Below, one piece after another: positions 43,068 through 53,475 of a stretch of DNA of 64,000 bases. The stretch is from an uncultured Gammaproteobacteria bacterium (lineage in GTDB: Bacteria; Pseudomonadota; Gammaproteobacteria; CAWCPV01), in the NCBI GenBank assembly GCA_963797555.1, contig CAWCPV010000007.1:555546-619545 (forward strand), written 5' to 3'. Position numbers and translations under genes: made by a program. Under the pieces are notes generated by a model, which saw only the letters and a program-made list of their open reading frames with translations, was not told the origin of the DNA and did not search any database. The number at the start of each line of letters is the position of its first letter. Position 1 is the first letter of the stretch.

Positions 43068-43878
43068 CTCCGGTGCATGGGACTGTCTGGTAGTCGGCTA
43101 GTGTGTCCAGCGGGAGGGCCGCCAGAGTCCCTCCCCACACGCACCCTCCATCCATGGCGTAGATGCCCGGTCGCCGGTACAGACCCAGGGCAGCCCAGTG
43201 CCCGAAGACGATGTTGAGTCCCGCGCTGGCGCGCCCAGGCACGTCGAACCACGGCAGGTAGCCCGGCGGCTGCCCGCCTGGAGGCTCGGTGCAGGCCAGC
43301 GCCAGGCGGCCAGTCATGTCGCAGAAACGCAGCCGCGTCAGGCAATTGGTGATGAAGCGCAGGCGCTCCCAGCCGGAAAGCGACGGCGACCAGCGGTCCG
43401 GGCGATCGCCGTACATGTGGCGGAAGAACTTCGGGTAGTCTGGACCTCGCAGCACGGTTTCCACCTCCGCGGCGCAGGTCTTGGCGAGATCGAGGTTCCA
43501 CTGGGGCGGAAGACCCGCGTGCACCATCGTGAGTCCGGCGTCGGGGTCGTGGTGGAGCAGGGGTCGGTGCCGGAGCCATGCAAGGATCTCCGAGCGGTCT
43601 GGGGCCCGGAGCAGCTCGGTCAGGGTGTCGTGGGTCTTCAGCCGGTCTTCGCTCGCGGCCACCGCGAGGAGGTGCAGGTCGTGGTTGCCGAGCACCGTGC
43701 ATGCCCGCTCGCCCAGCCCGATAACGAAGCGCAGGACTTCCAGCGAGTGTGGGCCCCGGTTCACCAGATCTCCGGCGAACCACAAACGATCGCTGGCCGG
43801 GTCGAACCCGATCTGTTCCAGCAGGCGGCAGAGATCGTCGTAGCAACCCTGGACGTTCCCTATGGCGTAGCTGGCCAT
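43012..43878 (-). CDS. apaH: Symmetrical Ap4A hydrolase ApaH
   Basis: GDLVNRGP, LGNHDLH, VHAG, FGHWAA, GCVWGG; adjacent to apaG. Confidence 0.95.
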   Translation of the reverse strand: MASYAIGNVQGCYDDLCRLLEQIGFDPASDRLWFAGDLVNRGPHSLEVLRFVIGLGERACTVLGNHDLHLLAVAASEDRLKTHDTLTELLRAPDRSEILAWLRHRPLLHHDPDAGLTMVHAGLPPQWNLDLAKTCAAEVETVLRGPDYPKFFRHMYGDRPDRWSPSLSGWERLRFITNCLTRLRFCDMTGRLALACTEPPGGQPPGYLPWFDVPGRASAGLNIVFGHWAALGLYRRPGIYAMDGGCVWGGTLAALPLDTLADYQTVPCTGARRRPFESATSSAGTRGS

Positions 43879-43926
43879 ACCGACCGCTCAGGCGGAATCG
43901 CGAGGGGCGTCCGCGAAGCCTCGCGC

Positions 43927-44301
43927 TCAGTGGAGGGAACGCGGCATGGACAGGGTGAAGGGCGGAATCGGGGTGTCGAACAGGGTGCCGTCGTCTGCGC
44001 GCAACTGGTAGCTGCCGCGCATGCTTCCGACGGGCGTTTCGATCACAGCACCGCTGGTGTAGCGGAATGCTTCGCCGGGCTTCAGGTGGGGTTGCTCTCC
44101 GACCACACCCTCGCCGCGCACTTCCTGCACCCGTCCGTTGGCATCGGTGATGACCCAATGGCGCCGCAACAACTGCGCCGGGACCGTGCCGGCATTGTGC
44201 ACGGTGATGGTATAAGCGAACACATAGCGCTTATGCGCCGGGGAAGACTGGTCCTCGATGTAGCGCGTCTCGACCTGGATGTTGATGCGGTAGGGTTCCA
44301 C
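43927..44301 (-). CDS. apaG: ApaG protein
   Basis: YVFAYTITV, RHWVITD, GEGVVGEQP. Confidence 0.97.
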   Translation of the reverse strand: MEPYRINIQVETRYIEDQSSPAHKRYVFAYTITVHNAGTVPAQLLRRHWVITDANGRVQEVRGEGVVGEQPHLKPGEAFRYTSGAVIETPVGSMRGSYQLRADDGTLFDTPIPPFTLSMPRSLH

Positions 44302-44438
44302 TTCGTAAGCTCGCCTCTAATGATGGTTGAGTCCTGCGGCGCGGCGGCACGGCCGCGCGACAAGGAAATCTCCGTATGGTATACGCCGAGCCGGGGTGAT
44401 GGCCGCACGGCTGGGACCGCCAGGCCGCTTGCAGGACG

Positions 44439-45422
44439 TCATAGACGGCTTGCGGCGAGCGCTGCTCCCAGCAGCCCCACCTTGGCGTTGACCACGACTT
44501 GCACGGGAATGTTGACCAGTACCTCGGACATCCGCCCCTTGGCCAGGAAGTGCTGCATGAAGCTGCCCGCCTGCAGCCTGCGCAAAATCTTCGGGGCGAT
44601 CCCTCCCGCGACGTAGACTCCGCCGGACGCGAGGCAGGCCAATGCCAGGTTGCCGGCCTGTGCCCCATAGATCGCCACGAACATGTCGAGAGCGCGTTCC
44701 GCCAACGCATCGCTCTGGTTCATGGCCGCTTCTGCGATCGCCGCACCTGCGTCGCCCGTTTCGGACGCCTCTACAATCTGGGCACTCCCGCGGTCCGGCT
44801 CTTGCTCGTGCAGAAACCTGTAAATGTTCGTCAGGCCGGGACCGGAGAGCACCCGCTCGTAGGAGACGTGTCCGTAGCGGCGCTTCAGATAGCGCAGGAG
44901 ATCGACCTGCGCCGCGTCGGACGGTCCGAAGTCCGCGTGGCCTCCTTCGGTGGGCAAGGGCTCATAGTGGTCGCCCTGCCAGACCAGAATGCCCTGGCCG
45001 AGCCCGGTGCCAGCCCCGATGACGGCGCGCGGCGCTCCCGGATCGCCCGTCCGACGCTGGAGGACCACGAGATCTTCGTCGCTCAGCCCGGCTATGCCGT
45101 ACCCTGTCGCCTGGAAGTCGTTGATCAGACGGACTTTGTCGGTCCGCAATACGACGCGCAGGGTGTGGGTTGAGAGGTGCCAGGGGAGGTTGGTGACGCG
45201 GACCTCGTCGCCGTGGACCGGGCCAGCGACCGCGATACAAGCGCCGGCGAGACGACCCTTGCCCCCGTGCTCCCGGAGGAATGCCTCCAACAAGTCGGAG
45301 AAGTCGCCGAACGCGCGGCTATCGTAGCGTTGCTCCGCCAGCAGGCGCGGTCGGTCGTCCGCGAACTCCGTGAGGGCGAGCCACGTCTTCGTCCCTCCGA
45401 CGTCACCGGTCAGGACCCTCAT
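44439..45422 (-). CDS. glk: Glucokinase
   Basis: GDVGGT, TNLPW, LINDF, GTGLG, EGGH, ERVLSG, GGIAPKI. Confidence 0.95.
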   Translation of the reverse strand: MRVLTGDVGGTKTWLALTEFADDRPRLLAEQRYDSRAFGDFSDLLEAFLREHGGKGRLAGACIAVAGPVHGDEVRVTNLPWHLSTHTLRVVLRTDKVRLINDFQATGYGIAGLSDEDLVVLQRRTGDPGAPRAVIGAGTGLGQGILVWQGDHYEPLPTEGGHADFGPSDAAQVDLLRYLKRRYGHVSYERVLSGPGLTNIYRFLHEQEPDRGSAQIVEASETGDAGAAIAEAAMNQSDALAERALDMFVAIYGAQAGNLALACLASGGVYVAGGIAPKILRRLQAGSFMQHFLAKGRMSEVLVNIPVQVVVNAKVGLLGAALAASRL

Positions 45423-46131
45423 CCCCTGTCCCCCAGCGGCTCCAGACGTGCAGCTTGCCTCTGCGCACAGCCTTTCCAGGCACGCTCGGGCGCCCGGCCG
45501 GAATCGACTCCATGCTGGTCCGAGCCCTCGGGGACTTTGCCAGGGGCTGCGCTAGCCCGCGCATGCCTGCATCCCGAGCGGCCGGTGTGCTGCGAGCATC
45601 CACCGAGATTACGATGGCCAGTACCACGTCTTCGGCCTACCAGCATTGACTGTGGCCGCGGTGTCGGTCGTGCCATCCCGAAGCGCTCTCGATGGGATAC
45701 GGGGGACGCTGCGCTCATCGCCCAGGTACCCGGACGGATGTGCGGCCGCTCGCTGCAGGCGACCCGGTCGAGTATACCGTCGGATGGTCCTCCTGTCTGC
45801 GGAGGCGGCACGCGGCGGGTGCGCTTCCAGTTTCCACGTTCTGCCGTGAACGTCAAGCGGCACAGCGGCGGAGCGGCAGTGACACTCTTTTACGATCTCC
45901 GACGCGCCTGTGATGTTGTTCGCCAGAGTTAGCGGCTACCTTAATGCCCAGGTACCGGATGGGCCAAGCGGAAGACAATCGGTACGCAGCGCGGAGGGTT
46001 CTCCAAGAGGCTGCGCGCTGCGGACTTGGCTTGCTCCGCACGCCTCTCCGGGCCGATGGCAAGCCGTCACGAGTCTCCGGCACGCCGTCCCGCGTCCTTA
46101 GGACTAACTCTCATTATTCGGAGATATCTCG

Positions 46132-46377
46132 ATGAAAAAGGCCGTATTGGCTGTTACCGCGCTGAGCGTGTTCTTCGCCGCCTCTCTGCCTGCTCTGGCC
46201 AAGAAGAGCCCGGAAGACGTTTGCAAGGGGTTGGCGGAGAAGCACCACGTCACCGCCGAGAAGATGGATGCCTACATGAAGACGTGTGTCGAGAAGCACA
46301 CCAAGAAGACGCACAAGGCGCCCGCGGCTGAGCCCACCGCCCCCAGCACGCCGGCTCCCTCAAAGCCGGCCGAATAA
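46132..46377 (+). CDS. Small secreted two-Cys protein with a Pro/Ala tail (PsiF-repeat-like)
   Basis: RBS GGAG, signal peptide, C-x20-C (CKGLAEK..AYMKTC), followed by a terminator. Confidence 0.7.
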   Translation: MKKAVLAVTALSVFFAASLPALAKKSPEDVCKGLAEKHHVTAEKMDAYMKTCVEKHTKKTHKAPAAEPTAPSTPAPSKPAE

Positions 46378-46401
46378 GTCTGGCCGGCAGTCTTACCTCC
46401 C

Positions 46402-46426
46402 ACCCCGCCGCTCGGCGGGGTTTTTT
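46402..46426 (+). terminator. Rho-independent terminator
   Basis: ACCCCGCCG-CT-CGGCGGGGT followed by a T run. Confidence 0.85.
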
Positions 46427-46526
46427 CGGGGACCGGGGGCGGCGGCCTCCGTCTGTCCCTCGGCCCTCAATCCCAAAACCGATAGAATGCTGTCATGACG
46501 ACAGCCGTGCACCGCGGGGATTCGGT

Positions 46527-48068
46527 GTGACGCTCCGGCCGGCCGGGACGCCCCGTAGCAGGCCCGCCATCGTGTTGGTGGGTGCTTTGCTGCTGGGCAT
46601 CTTCGCGGTTTCCCTATTCACCCTCAAGCTGCTGGCAGGGCAGCGCACCCTGCTTGACGAGGCAGTGCGCGAATCCCAGGCTCAGGCCATGACCTTGCTG
46701 GCGGACAGTGTCGAGCAGGCGCTGCTCGGGGCCGTCCGTACGCCGTTTCTGGTCCTCAAGAACATCCCCCTCGGTGCGCAGGACATGGTCCACCGTGTGG
46801 ATTGGGTATGGGCTTCGTTCCCGGAAGTCGTGCAGGTGTTGTTCCTCGGCAGCGGTATGGATCTGCGGGAGAGCTTTCCGCCAGCGGCCGACGTGCGGGA
46901 ACGAAAGGTCAATCGCTGGCTCGTTCAAAGGCTCGTGGTGGGAGGAGCGGAAAAGAAGGCGAGGCCCTTTGGGCTGCACACCTTCGTTGAATCGATGGCG
47001 GACGGCCCCGCACTGTTCGCGCTGCAACCGCTCAACGATATCGATCAGAGCCAAGGCTGGTTGCTCATCCGATTCGACTTGCCGAAACTGGAGGCACGCC
47101 GTGTGGCGCCGCTGCTAGACGTGTTCAACAAGGAACATGGGGGCAGGGTGCAACTCGCCGACGCCGAGGCCGACTGGGATGAGACCGCGGTGAACTGGCC
47201 GCTCAACCGGGTGCTCCCGGGCTGGATGCTGGTTTATCGCCCGGATGTGCACGACGCCGAGCAGCGGCTCTGGCACCAGCGTGCGCTGTTGCTGGGGGTG
47301 GCGGGTGCGGTGTTGCTCGCCATGATCATGGTGACATTCTTCGTGTGGCGTGAGCTGCGTCGCGAGCAGGCATTGCTGGACCTTCGCAACCGCTTCGTGG
47401 CCAACGTGTCGCACGAGCTGAAAACCCCTCTCGCACTGATCCGGATGTATGCCGAGACCCTGCATCTGGGGCGCGTGACGGCGGAGGGCCGCCGCCACGA
47501 TTACTATCGCACGATCCTGCGGGAGGCTGAGCGGCTTACCGAGATGATCGATCGGGTCCTGGATTTTGCGCGGCTGAGCCAGGGAGCGGACCTGTACCAC
47601 CTGACCGCGATGGATCTGCGCGGCACGGTCGAGCGGGTCGTGGAGGACTACCGCCCGCGCGTCGAGGAGCGCGGTCTGCGCTTCGACGTGACGCTGCAGG
47701 AGAACCTGCCGCCCGTGGCCCACGACCCCCATGGGGTTACCCAAGTCGTGCTGAACTTGGTGGACAATGCTGCGAAGTACGGTGCGCAGGGTGGTGTCGT
47801 GGCGGTGCGGCTGAGGGCGGACGGCGAGTGGGCCGACTTGGAGGTCGCCGATTGCGGACCCGGCATACCGGTGCACGAGCGCAACGAGCTGCGCAAGGCA
47901 TTCCACCGGGGTGCGAGCGCGGGGCAAACGTCGGGAAGCGGCCTCGGGCTGGCATTGGTCGAGCAGATCGCCCAGGCCCACCACGCCCACTTGATCCTGG
48001 ATTCCCCCGAGGGAGACACTGGCACCCGGGCGGTTGTCTCCTTCCCCATGTACCGAGGCGGTGCGTGA
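46527..48068 (+). CDS. Membrane sensor histidine kinase
   Basis: Two TM helices, FVANVSHELKTPL, NLVDNAAKY, GSGLGL. Confidence 0.92.
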   Translation: MTLRPAGTPRSRPAIVLVGALLLGIFAVSLFTLKLLAGQRTLLDEAVRESQAQAMTLLADSVEQALLGAVRTPFLVLKNIPLGAQDMVHRVDWVWASFPEVVQVLFLGSGMDLRESFPPAADVRERKVNRWLVQRLVVGGAEKKARPFGLHTFVESMADGPALFALQPLNDIDQSQGWLLIRFDLPKLEARRVAPLLDVFNKEHGGRVQLADAEADWDETAVNWPLNRVLPGWMLVYRPDVHDAEQRLWHQRALLLGVAGAVLLAMIMVTFFVWRELRREQALLDLRNRFVANVSHELKTPLALIRMYAETLHLGRVTAEGRRHDYYRTILREAERLTEMIDRVLDFARLSQGADLYHLTAMDLRGTVERVVEDYRPRVEERGLRFDVTLQENLPPVAHDPHGVTQVVLNLVDNAAKYGAQGGVVAVRLRADGEWADLEVADCGPGIPVHERNELRKAFHRGASAGQTSGSGLGLALVEQIAQAHHAHLILDSPEGDTGTRAVVSFPMYRGGA

Positions 48069-48754
48069 CTCCTGCGACGGTCTTGGTGATCGATGATGAC
48101 CCGGCCATGCGCGCCGGGCTGACCGACAACCTCGAGGTGGAGGGTTATCGCGTGCTGACCGCCGCGACCCTTCGGGAGGGAAAGGAGTCCGTACTACGGC
48201 ACAAGCCGGACCTCATCCTGCTGGACCTCATGCTGCCGGATGGTGACGGGGTGAGTCTGTGCCGCCAGCTACGTACACAGGGCCTGGAGCAGCCGATCAT
48301 CATGCTGACGGCGCGCGGCGAGGAGATGGACAAGGTGCTGGGGTTCGAGGTGGGGGCGGATGACTACGTGGTGAAGCCCTTCGGGCTACGGGAACTGTTG
48401 GCGCGGGTACGTGCCCAGCTCCGGCGCAAACCGGTGACCAGCCTGGCGGGGGGGCCGGTGAGTGTGGGGGTCGCGCTCGTGGATTTTCAGCGTCACGTTC
48501 TGACCCGTGAGGGCGCGGTTCTCGAAATCAGTGCCAAGGAGATGGAGTTGCTGCGCCACCTCGTTAGCCATCGCGGCGAGGTGGTTTCCCGGGAGGATCT
48601 GCTGACCGAGGTATGGGGTCATCAGCGCGAGATTGCCACGCGCACCGTGGACAACTTCATCGTGCGCCTGCGCAAGAAGATTGAACCGGATCCTTCCGAG
48701 CCGCATTATCTCATCACGGTGCATGGCAGTGGTTACAAGCTGGTGGAGCAATAG
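48065..48754 (+). CDS. OmpR/PhoB-family response regulator
   Basis: LDLMLPDGDG, GADDYVVKPF, RTVDNFIVRLRKKIE wHTH. Confidence 0.93.
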   Translation: MTPATVLVIDDDPAMRAGLTDNLEVEGYRVLTAATLREGKESVLRHKPDLILLDLMLPDGDGVSLCRQLRTQGLEQPIIMLTARGEEMDKVLGFEVGADDYVVKPFGLRELLARVRAQLRRKPVTSLAGGPVSVGVALVDFQRHVLTREGAVLEISAKEMELLRHLVSHRGEVVSREDLLTEVWGHQREIATRTVDNFIVRLRKKIEPDPSEPHYLITVHGSGYKLVEQ

Positions 48755-49122
48755 CCTCGCGACTCCTGCCGGCCCTTCCGCAGACTGCGCCGCGCTTGCC
48801 AAGGGCCCAGTGCGGCTCTATGCTGAGGGGCCCTGAATGTCTCGGCGTAGCGACCTGTAGGTGAGGGTGTAGGAATAGCAAAATCAATCGGGTATGGATC
48901 GGCGCTACTCGCGCAGCGTAACTTTTCGCGGGCTCTGCGACTCCACTCGCGAGCGATCTGTCCACACAGGCAGGCGGCGCATGGCTAAGTCCGCCCCGAA
49001 GCGGGGGCATCGCGCAGCCTCGGGAGAGTTCGATGCACGCTGCACCGGGGCCGGCACCGGCGCCGTGCGCGAAGATCTGGGGATGGCTGGCACGTAAAAG
49101 GTAGTGGCTGAGGAGCCAGGAC

Positions 49123-49332
49123 ATGTACCTCAAACAGAAGGCGACCGGAGATCTCGTGGAGGTGTTGGACCTCGCCCTGCTGTTCGATCCCTTCAAGCTG
49201 GAGATCAGCGGGCGACTCCACGTCGGGGAGGAACTCCAGGACCCCGCCACGTTCAGCAAGGCCGAGTTGATCTTTCCGTCCGGCGAGCCACTGCCGCGCT
49301 GCTGGGTGGACCCGCACTACCGCGAACACTAG
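49123..49332 (+). CDS. Small conserved protein (GEELQDP..FPSGE.LPRCW.D..Y family)
   Basis: RBS AGGAG; conserved motif of a ~70-aa family often labelled 'acetyltransferase'. Confidence 0.8.
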   Translation: MYLKQKATGDLVEVLDLALLFDPFKLEISGRLHVGEELQDPATFSKAELIFPSGEPLPRCWVDPHYREH

Positions 49333-49365
49333 GCCGTCACGGCCTAAACGCCACTGCCGCAGGGC

Positions 49366-52300
49366 TCAGGACACATCCAGCGGCGGCCTCTCGGGCGCTG
49401 CGGGGAACGCCTTGATGTAGACGTCTCGCTGCGGATAGGGAATGACGATGCCCGCTTCCTTCAGAGCATCCCAGATTCCCAACAGGACTTGAGATTTCAC
49501 CTCGAGGCGGTTGTAACGGCGCACGTCCATGAAGTACTGGACGTGGAACTGGACGGAGGAGTCGCCGAATTCACTGAGCCATACGCGCGGCTCGGGCGGG
49601 TCTAGCACGGCGGGGTTGTGCTTCAGTGCCCGCTCGATGATCTGGCGGGCTTGCCGCGGGTCGGCGTCATAGCTGACGCCTACCACGAGCTTGGTGCGTA
49701 CCACGTTGTCCGTGTGCGTCCAGTTGGTGAAGGCGTGGGAGATGACCTCGGAGTTCGGAATGATTACCTCTTGATTGTCCCAGGTCTTGACGGTCAGGGA
49801 GCGCATTCCGATACGCGTCACCTCGCCCTCGCTGTCCCCGATGTCGACGATATCGCCGGTTCGCAGCGGACGCTCCATGAGCAGCAGCAGCCCGCCGATG
49901 AAGTTGTTGGCTACGGTTTGCAGCCCAAAGCCGATCCCCACGCCGAGCGCGCCGGCGAAGATCGCCAGGGTGGTCAGGTCGATGCCGATGATGCGCAGCG
50001 TGATGAGCAGACCCGCAAGTACCACCGCGTACTGCGTAAATACAGAAACGCTGTGCCGCATGCCCAGGTCGCCGATGCCGGAATAGATCCAGCGGTAGGT
50101 GGCCTCCCGGCTCCAGCGCCCGGTCCAGATCACCACCATCAAGGCGAGCACGGTGAGCAAGACGCTCTTGATGTCGATCGGGGTCGTTCCGATGGTGAAC
50201 AGCGGACTTTCCAGGATGCTCATGAGGTATTTGACGGCCGCCGACTCGGCGCCCCAGCCATACAACTGGAACAACACGACCCACGCGAGCACGAACAGCG
50301 CCACCCGCCCGATGCGATGCAGCGGCTCGATGAAGCCTTGCGCCCAAAGCAGTCCGTAGTTGGAGTGCAGGTTCACGTAGTTCTTGAGGAATACCGAGAG
50401 ATCCCGCAGCATGCCTGCCACGACCAGCCATGCGGCAAGCACGGCGAGGAACCACAACAGATGCTGGCCGAGGGCCCAGGCGAGATTCACGTAACCCGCC
50501 AGTCCCAGCGCAGCGGCAGCGAGGACCGAGAGGGGCACCAGCAAGCTGAAGAGTCGGACCAGTCGCAGCCAGTACGCACCGTCGAAGTTCTCACCGAGCA
50601 GTTGGAGAACCAGTCGGCGGATCCCCAAGGTCGGCCATACGATGAGGAACACGAACAGCATGAAGGTGCGGTCTATGAAATCCCGGAGCAGCGCGGGCAG
50701 CGCGATGAGGTGCCCCATCACTGTCAGCGTGGAAAGAATGCCGCCGACCAGCAGCACCCAGCGGATCTGTGCGTACAGCCGCTCTTGCTTGCGCTGATGC
50801 GGTACGTTGGGCGCCTTGAGGAGTGCCCACGCGATGTCGATGAGGAGCTTGTTGCCGAGCCAGATCGCGAGCACGGACGGTACCAGAGTCAGCGCCGGCT
50901 CGGGGACGTCCAGCAGCCAAAGAGCGAGCAGCAGCACGCCGGCAATGCCTAGGCCGAACAAGCTGCGTAGCAACAGGTCGAGCGAGATCAGCACGATGTC
51001 GTTGGAGAAGCTGCGCTCCTTGGCCTCTGCTGCGCGGATCACACGCCCGACCAGCGCCCGTCCCCAATAGATCAGGCCCAGCCATGGCACGACCAGCAGT
51101 ACGAGTGTCAGCCAGCTTCCGGCTTTAGCCTGGGCGGCGGCCTGTGTGGCGGCGACGGATGCCTCCCACACCTGTTGCAGGGACATCATCGGCAGCAGCG
51201 ACATCTGCTGAAGGAAAGACTTCCAACCTTCCACGTCGCGGGGTACCAGGGTGCGTCTGGCGAAGAGGCCGCGGCGGAAGCTCTCGTCGTAGGCGAGCTT
51301 CACGTCGCTGTATTTCTCCTGAGCGGTATCGACGACCGGGCCGATCTCGGTGGCAGCCTCCTCGAGGTCGGCCACCAGGGAGGCGAGAATGCGCCTTTCG
51401 TCGGCATTGTTCCTGCGCACCGCGTCGGTCGGTTTCTCGCGCTTGGCCACGACTTCCTCTTCCTGACGCAGGACGGCGGTCTTGCGTTTCAGCAGCGACT
51501 GCGTGGAAGTGAAATCGTCGATAAGGCCCCGGAGTTGGTCGAGGGCGGTCTTGAGCGTCTGGGTGGGCGTGTCCGGGCTGAGCCGCATAGCCTCCAGACT
51601 GTTCAGCGTGCTCCTTCCCTGAGCCAGGTTGATCTGCAGTTGGACCAGACGGCCCCGCGTCTCCGCGTCGTCGGCTCGGGTTTCCAGTAGGCGACGCCGG
51701 GACTCCGCGGTCGGGTCGTCGGCCTTGACAGCTTCGGCCTGGGCGCGCAGGTCGACTGCCTTTGCTGCCCACGCTTGCTGTTCCTTCTGGAGGCGGGTGC
51801 GAAGGTCCTCCAGCGCTTCGCGGCGGCTCTGCTCCTGCCCCGTGAGGTAGACCGTCTGTAGAGTCCGGTACCGTTCGTCCGCCAGACTCAGACGGTCGCG
51901 GGCAATCTGCTGGGCGACTTGGAGGCTGGTGAGATGTTGCTGCTCCAGATCGAGGAGGGCTTTCTTCTGGGCAATGGCGTCCTGTTGCTGCGTCAAATCC
52001 TTCTCGTGTGCCGGGCCCTGTTCGGGGGGTGGCGCGACGCCTTTCAGGGACTTGACCTGGCTCTCCAAGTCGCGGATGGAGCCCTCCAGGTCCTCCATGA
52101 CGCGCTGCTCTGCCTGCACGTCTAGCTTGGCACTCTCGAGCTGCACGCGCGCCGCTTCGAAGTCGAGCCGTGCCTGCTCGAGGACCGGAGCCGTGACCTT
52201 GGAGGCGTCGAGACTACTGCGCTGTTGCTGGAACTCGTCGCGCTTCTTCTGCAGCTCTGCCTGGGCGCGGTCCAGGGCTTGCCGCTCTTCCTGCAGCGCC

Positions 52301-52452
52301 CGGCGCCTCTCGGCCAGACTGGCGGCCTGCGGTGTTTCGGGCGGGGCGGCCAGCACAGGCCAGAGGGCGCTCGCCAGCACGCCGAGAGCGAGGGCCAGCG
52401 CCCAGCCCTTGGCGGGATGCCGCCCCCCGACGCCGGCGCGGGTTGCGGCCAC
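49366..52452 (-). CDS. Large MscS-family mechanosensitive channel (MscK-like)
   Basis: Periplasmic coiled coil, many TMs, GALGVGIGFGLQ, IIPNS, FGDSS, IPYPQRD. Confidence 0.9.
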   Translation of the reverse strand: MAATRAGVGGRHPAKGWALALALGVLASALWPVLAAPPETPQAASLAERRRALQEERQALDRAQAELQKKRDEFQQQRSSLDASKVTAPVLEQARLDFEAARVQLESAKLDVQAEQRVMEDLEGSIRDLESQVKSLKGVAPPPEQGPAHEKDLTQQQDAIAQKKALLDLEQQHLTSLQVAQQIARDRLSLADERYRTLQTVYLTGQEQSRREALEDLRTRLQKEQQAWAAKAVDLRAQAEAVKADDPTAESRRRLLETRADDAETRGRLVQLQINLAQGRSTLNSLEAMRLSPDTPTQTLKTALDQLRGLIDDFTSTQSLLKRKTAVLRQEEEVVAKREKPTDAVRRNNADERRILASLVADLEEAATEIGPVVDTAQEKYSDVKLAYDESFRRGLFARRTLVPRDVEGWKSFLQQMSLLPMMSLQQVWEASVAATQAAAQAKAGSWLTLVLLVVPWLGLIYWGRALVGRVIRAAEAKERSFSNDIVLISLDLLLRSLFGLGIAGVLLLALWLLDVPEPALTLVPSVLAIWLGNKLLIDIAWALLKAPNVPHQRKQERLYAQIRWVLLVGGILSTLTVMGHLIALPALLRDFIDRTFMLFVFLIVWPTLGIRRLVLQLLGENFDGAYWLRLVRLFSLLVPLSVLAAAALGLAGYVNLAWALGQHLLWFLAVLAAWLVVAGMLRDLSVFLKNYVNLHSNYGLLWAQGFIEPLHRIGRVALFVLAWVVLFQLYGWGAESAAVKYLMSILESPLFTIGTTPIDIKSVLLTVLALMVVIWTGRWSREATYRWIYSGIGDLGMRHSVSVFTQYAVVLAGLLITLRIIGIDLTTLAIFAGALGVGIGFGLQTVANNFIGGLLLLMERPLRTGDIVDIGDSEGEVTRIGMRSLTVKTWDNQEVIIPNSEVISHAFTNWTHTDNVVRTKLVVGVSYDADPRQARQIIERALKHNPAVLDPPEPRVWLSEFGDSSVQFHVQYFMDVRRYNRLEVKSQVLLGIWDALKEAGIVIPYPQRDVYIKAFPAAPERPPLDVS

Positions 52453-52881
52453 TCAGTTGTCTACACGATCGACATCCAGTTGCCCGCTCAGACGGCGGCG
52501 GACAAACGAGGCACTCACGCCGACGGCGAGCACACTGGCGACGACGAACATGCCCAGGTAAGTCCAGACGCGGGGATTGGTCGGCGGGATCCACTGCACC
52601 AAGAGCCACACCAAGAGCCCGAAGAACAGCATGGCGAGCAGCACCCCAACTTTGCCCAGCGAGGCGAGGGTCGCGCGCAGGAAGGTGATCCAGCCGATCA
52701 GCAGGACCATACCCGCCAGCGCCTTGAGGACACTGAACGCCAGCGGCTTCACGGTCCACAACGGCTCGATGGCCCAGTGAAAATAGGAGTAGCGATGGGG
52801 ATTGTACGTGAGAGTCACCAGCAAGCAGGCAGCCAGGAAACGCACTACAAAGCTCTTCCACGTAAAGTCGGTACGTGCCAT
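52453..52881 (-). CDS. DUF6524-like membrane protein
   Basis: TYNP..SYFHW, LRATLASLG, RRRLSGQLDVD. Confidence 0.75.
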   Translation of the reverse strand: MARTDFTWKSFVVRFLAACLLVTLTYNPHRYSYFHWAIEPLWTVKPLAFSVLKALAGMVLLIGWITFLRATLASLGKVGVLLAMLFFGLLVWLLVQWIPPTNPRVWTYLGMFVVASVLAVGVSASFVRRRLSGQLDVDRVDN

Positions 52882-52895
52882 GAATTCTCCCTCCG

Positions 52896-53339
52896 TCAAC
52901 GTTTGATGCGCACTGCTAGGACATCGCAATGGGCATGGTGTAGGACGCCGTCCGCCGTCGAGCCCAGAATGGCGCCCAGGCCATGCCGTCCGTGACTGCC
53001 AACCACGATGAGGTCTACCTGCTGTTCCGCGGCGACACGGGTGATCTCGCGCTTCGCCGAGCCCACCTCTATCCAGCGCGGCGCGTCCGGAACGCCGAGC
53101 GAGCGCGCGAGCTCGGCGAGCCGGCCGGTGGCGTAGTCCACCAGGAACCCGACTCCGTCCAACTGCTCGGGAATCACGATATCGTTGGGGAAATCCATGG
53201 GGACGTGCTCCACCACGTGGATCAATCCCATGCGGCCCCCCGCGACGCTGGCGAGCCGAACGGCGCGCGTTCCGACCGCCTCGCCCTGCGGGGACAGATC
53301 CGCGGCCAGGAGTACATATTGGTAGCCCTGCATCTCCAT
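52896..53339 (-). CDS. Universal stress protein
   Basis: DLIVVGSHGRHG..LGSTADGVLHHAHCDVLAVR. Confidence 0.93.
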   Translation of the reverse strand: MEMQGYQYVLLAADLSPQGEAVGTRAVRLASVAGGRMGLIHVVEHVPMDFPNDIVIPEQLDGVGFLVDYATGRLAELARSLGVPDAPRWIEVGSAKREITRVAAEQQVDLIVVGSHGRHGLGAILGSTADGVLHHAHCDVLAVRIKR

Positions 53340-53475
53340 ATCTCCCTCACGGCAATGGGCTTGCGTGATCGCTACGGCCCCGCGCCGCAGCCCGACCGCG
53401 CTTGGGTCCTGTGGGGCGGATCGCCAGCCGACATACCGCTATGGCGGCCTGTCGGGCACACCGTCACGCGACGAA

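Noticed and set aside
43198-44616. Long antisense ORFs (also 3070-4158, 12915-14141, 40999-42273, 49618-50952, 60064-61245)
   Set aside because: Shadow ORFs opposite real genes, expected in high-GC DNA; no motifs.
45423-46131. Hidden gene or ncRNA in the 700-bp glk upstream region
   Set aside because: No convincing ORF, RBS or stable structure was recognised.
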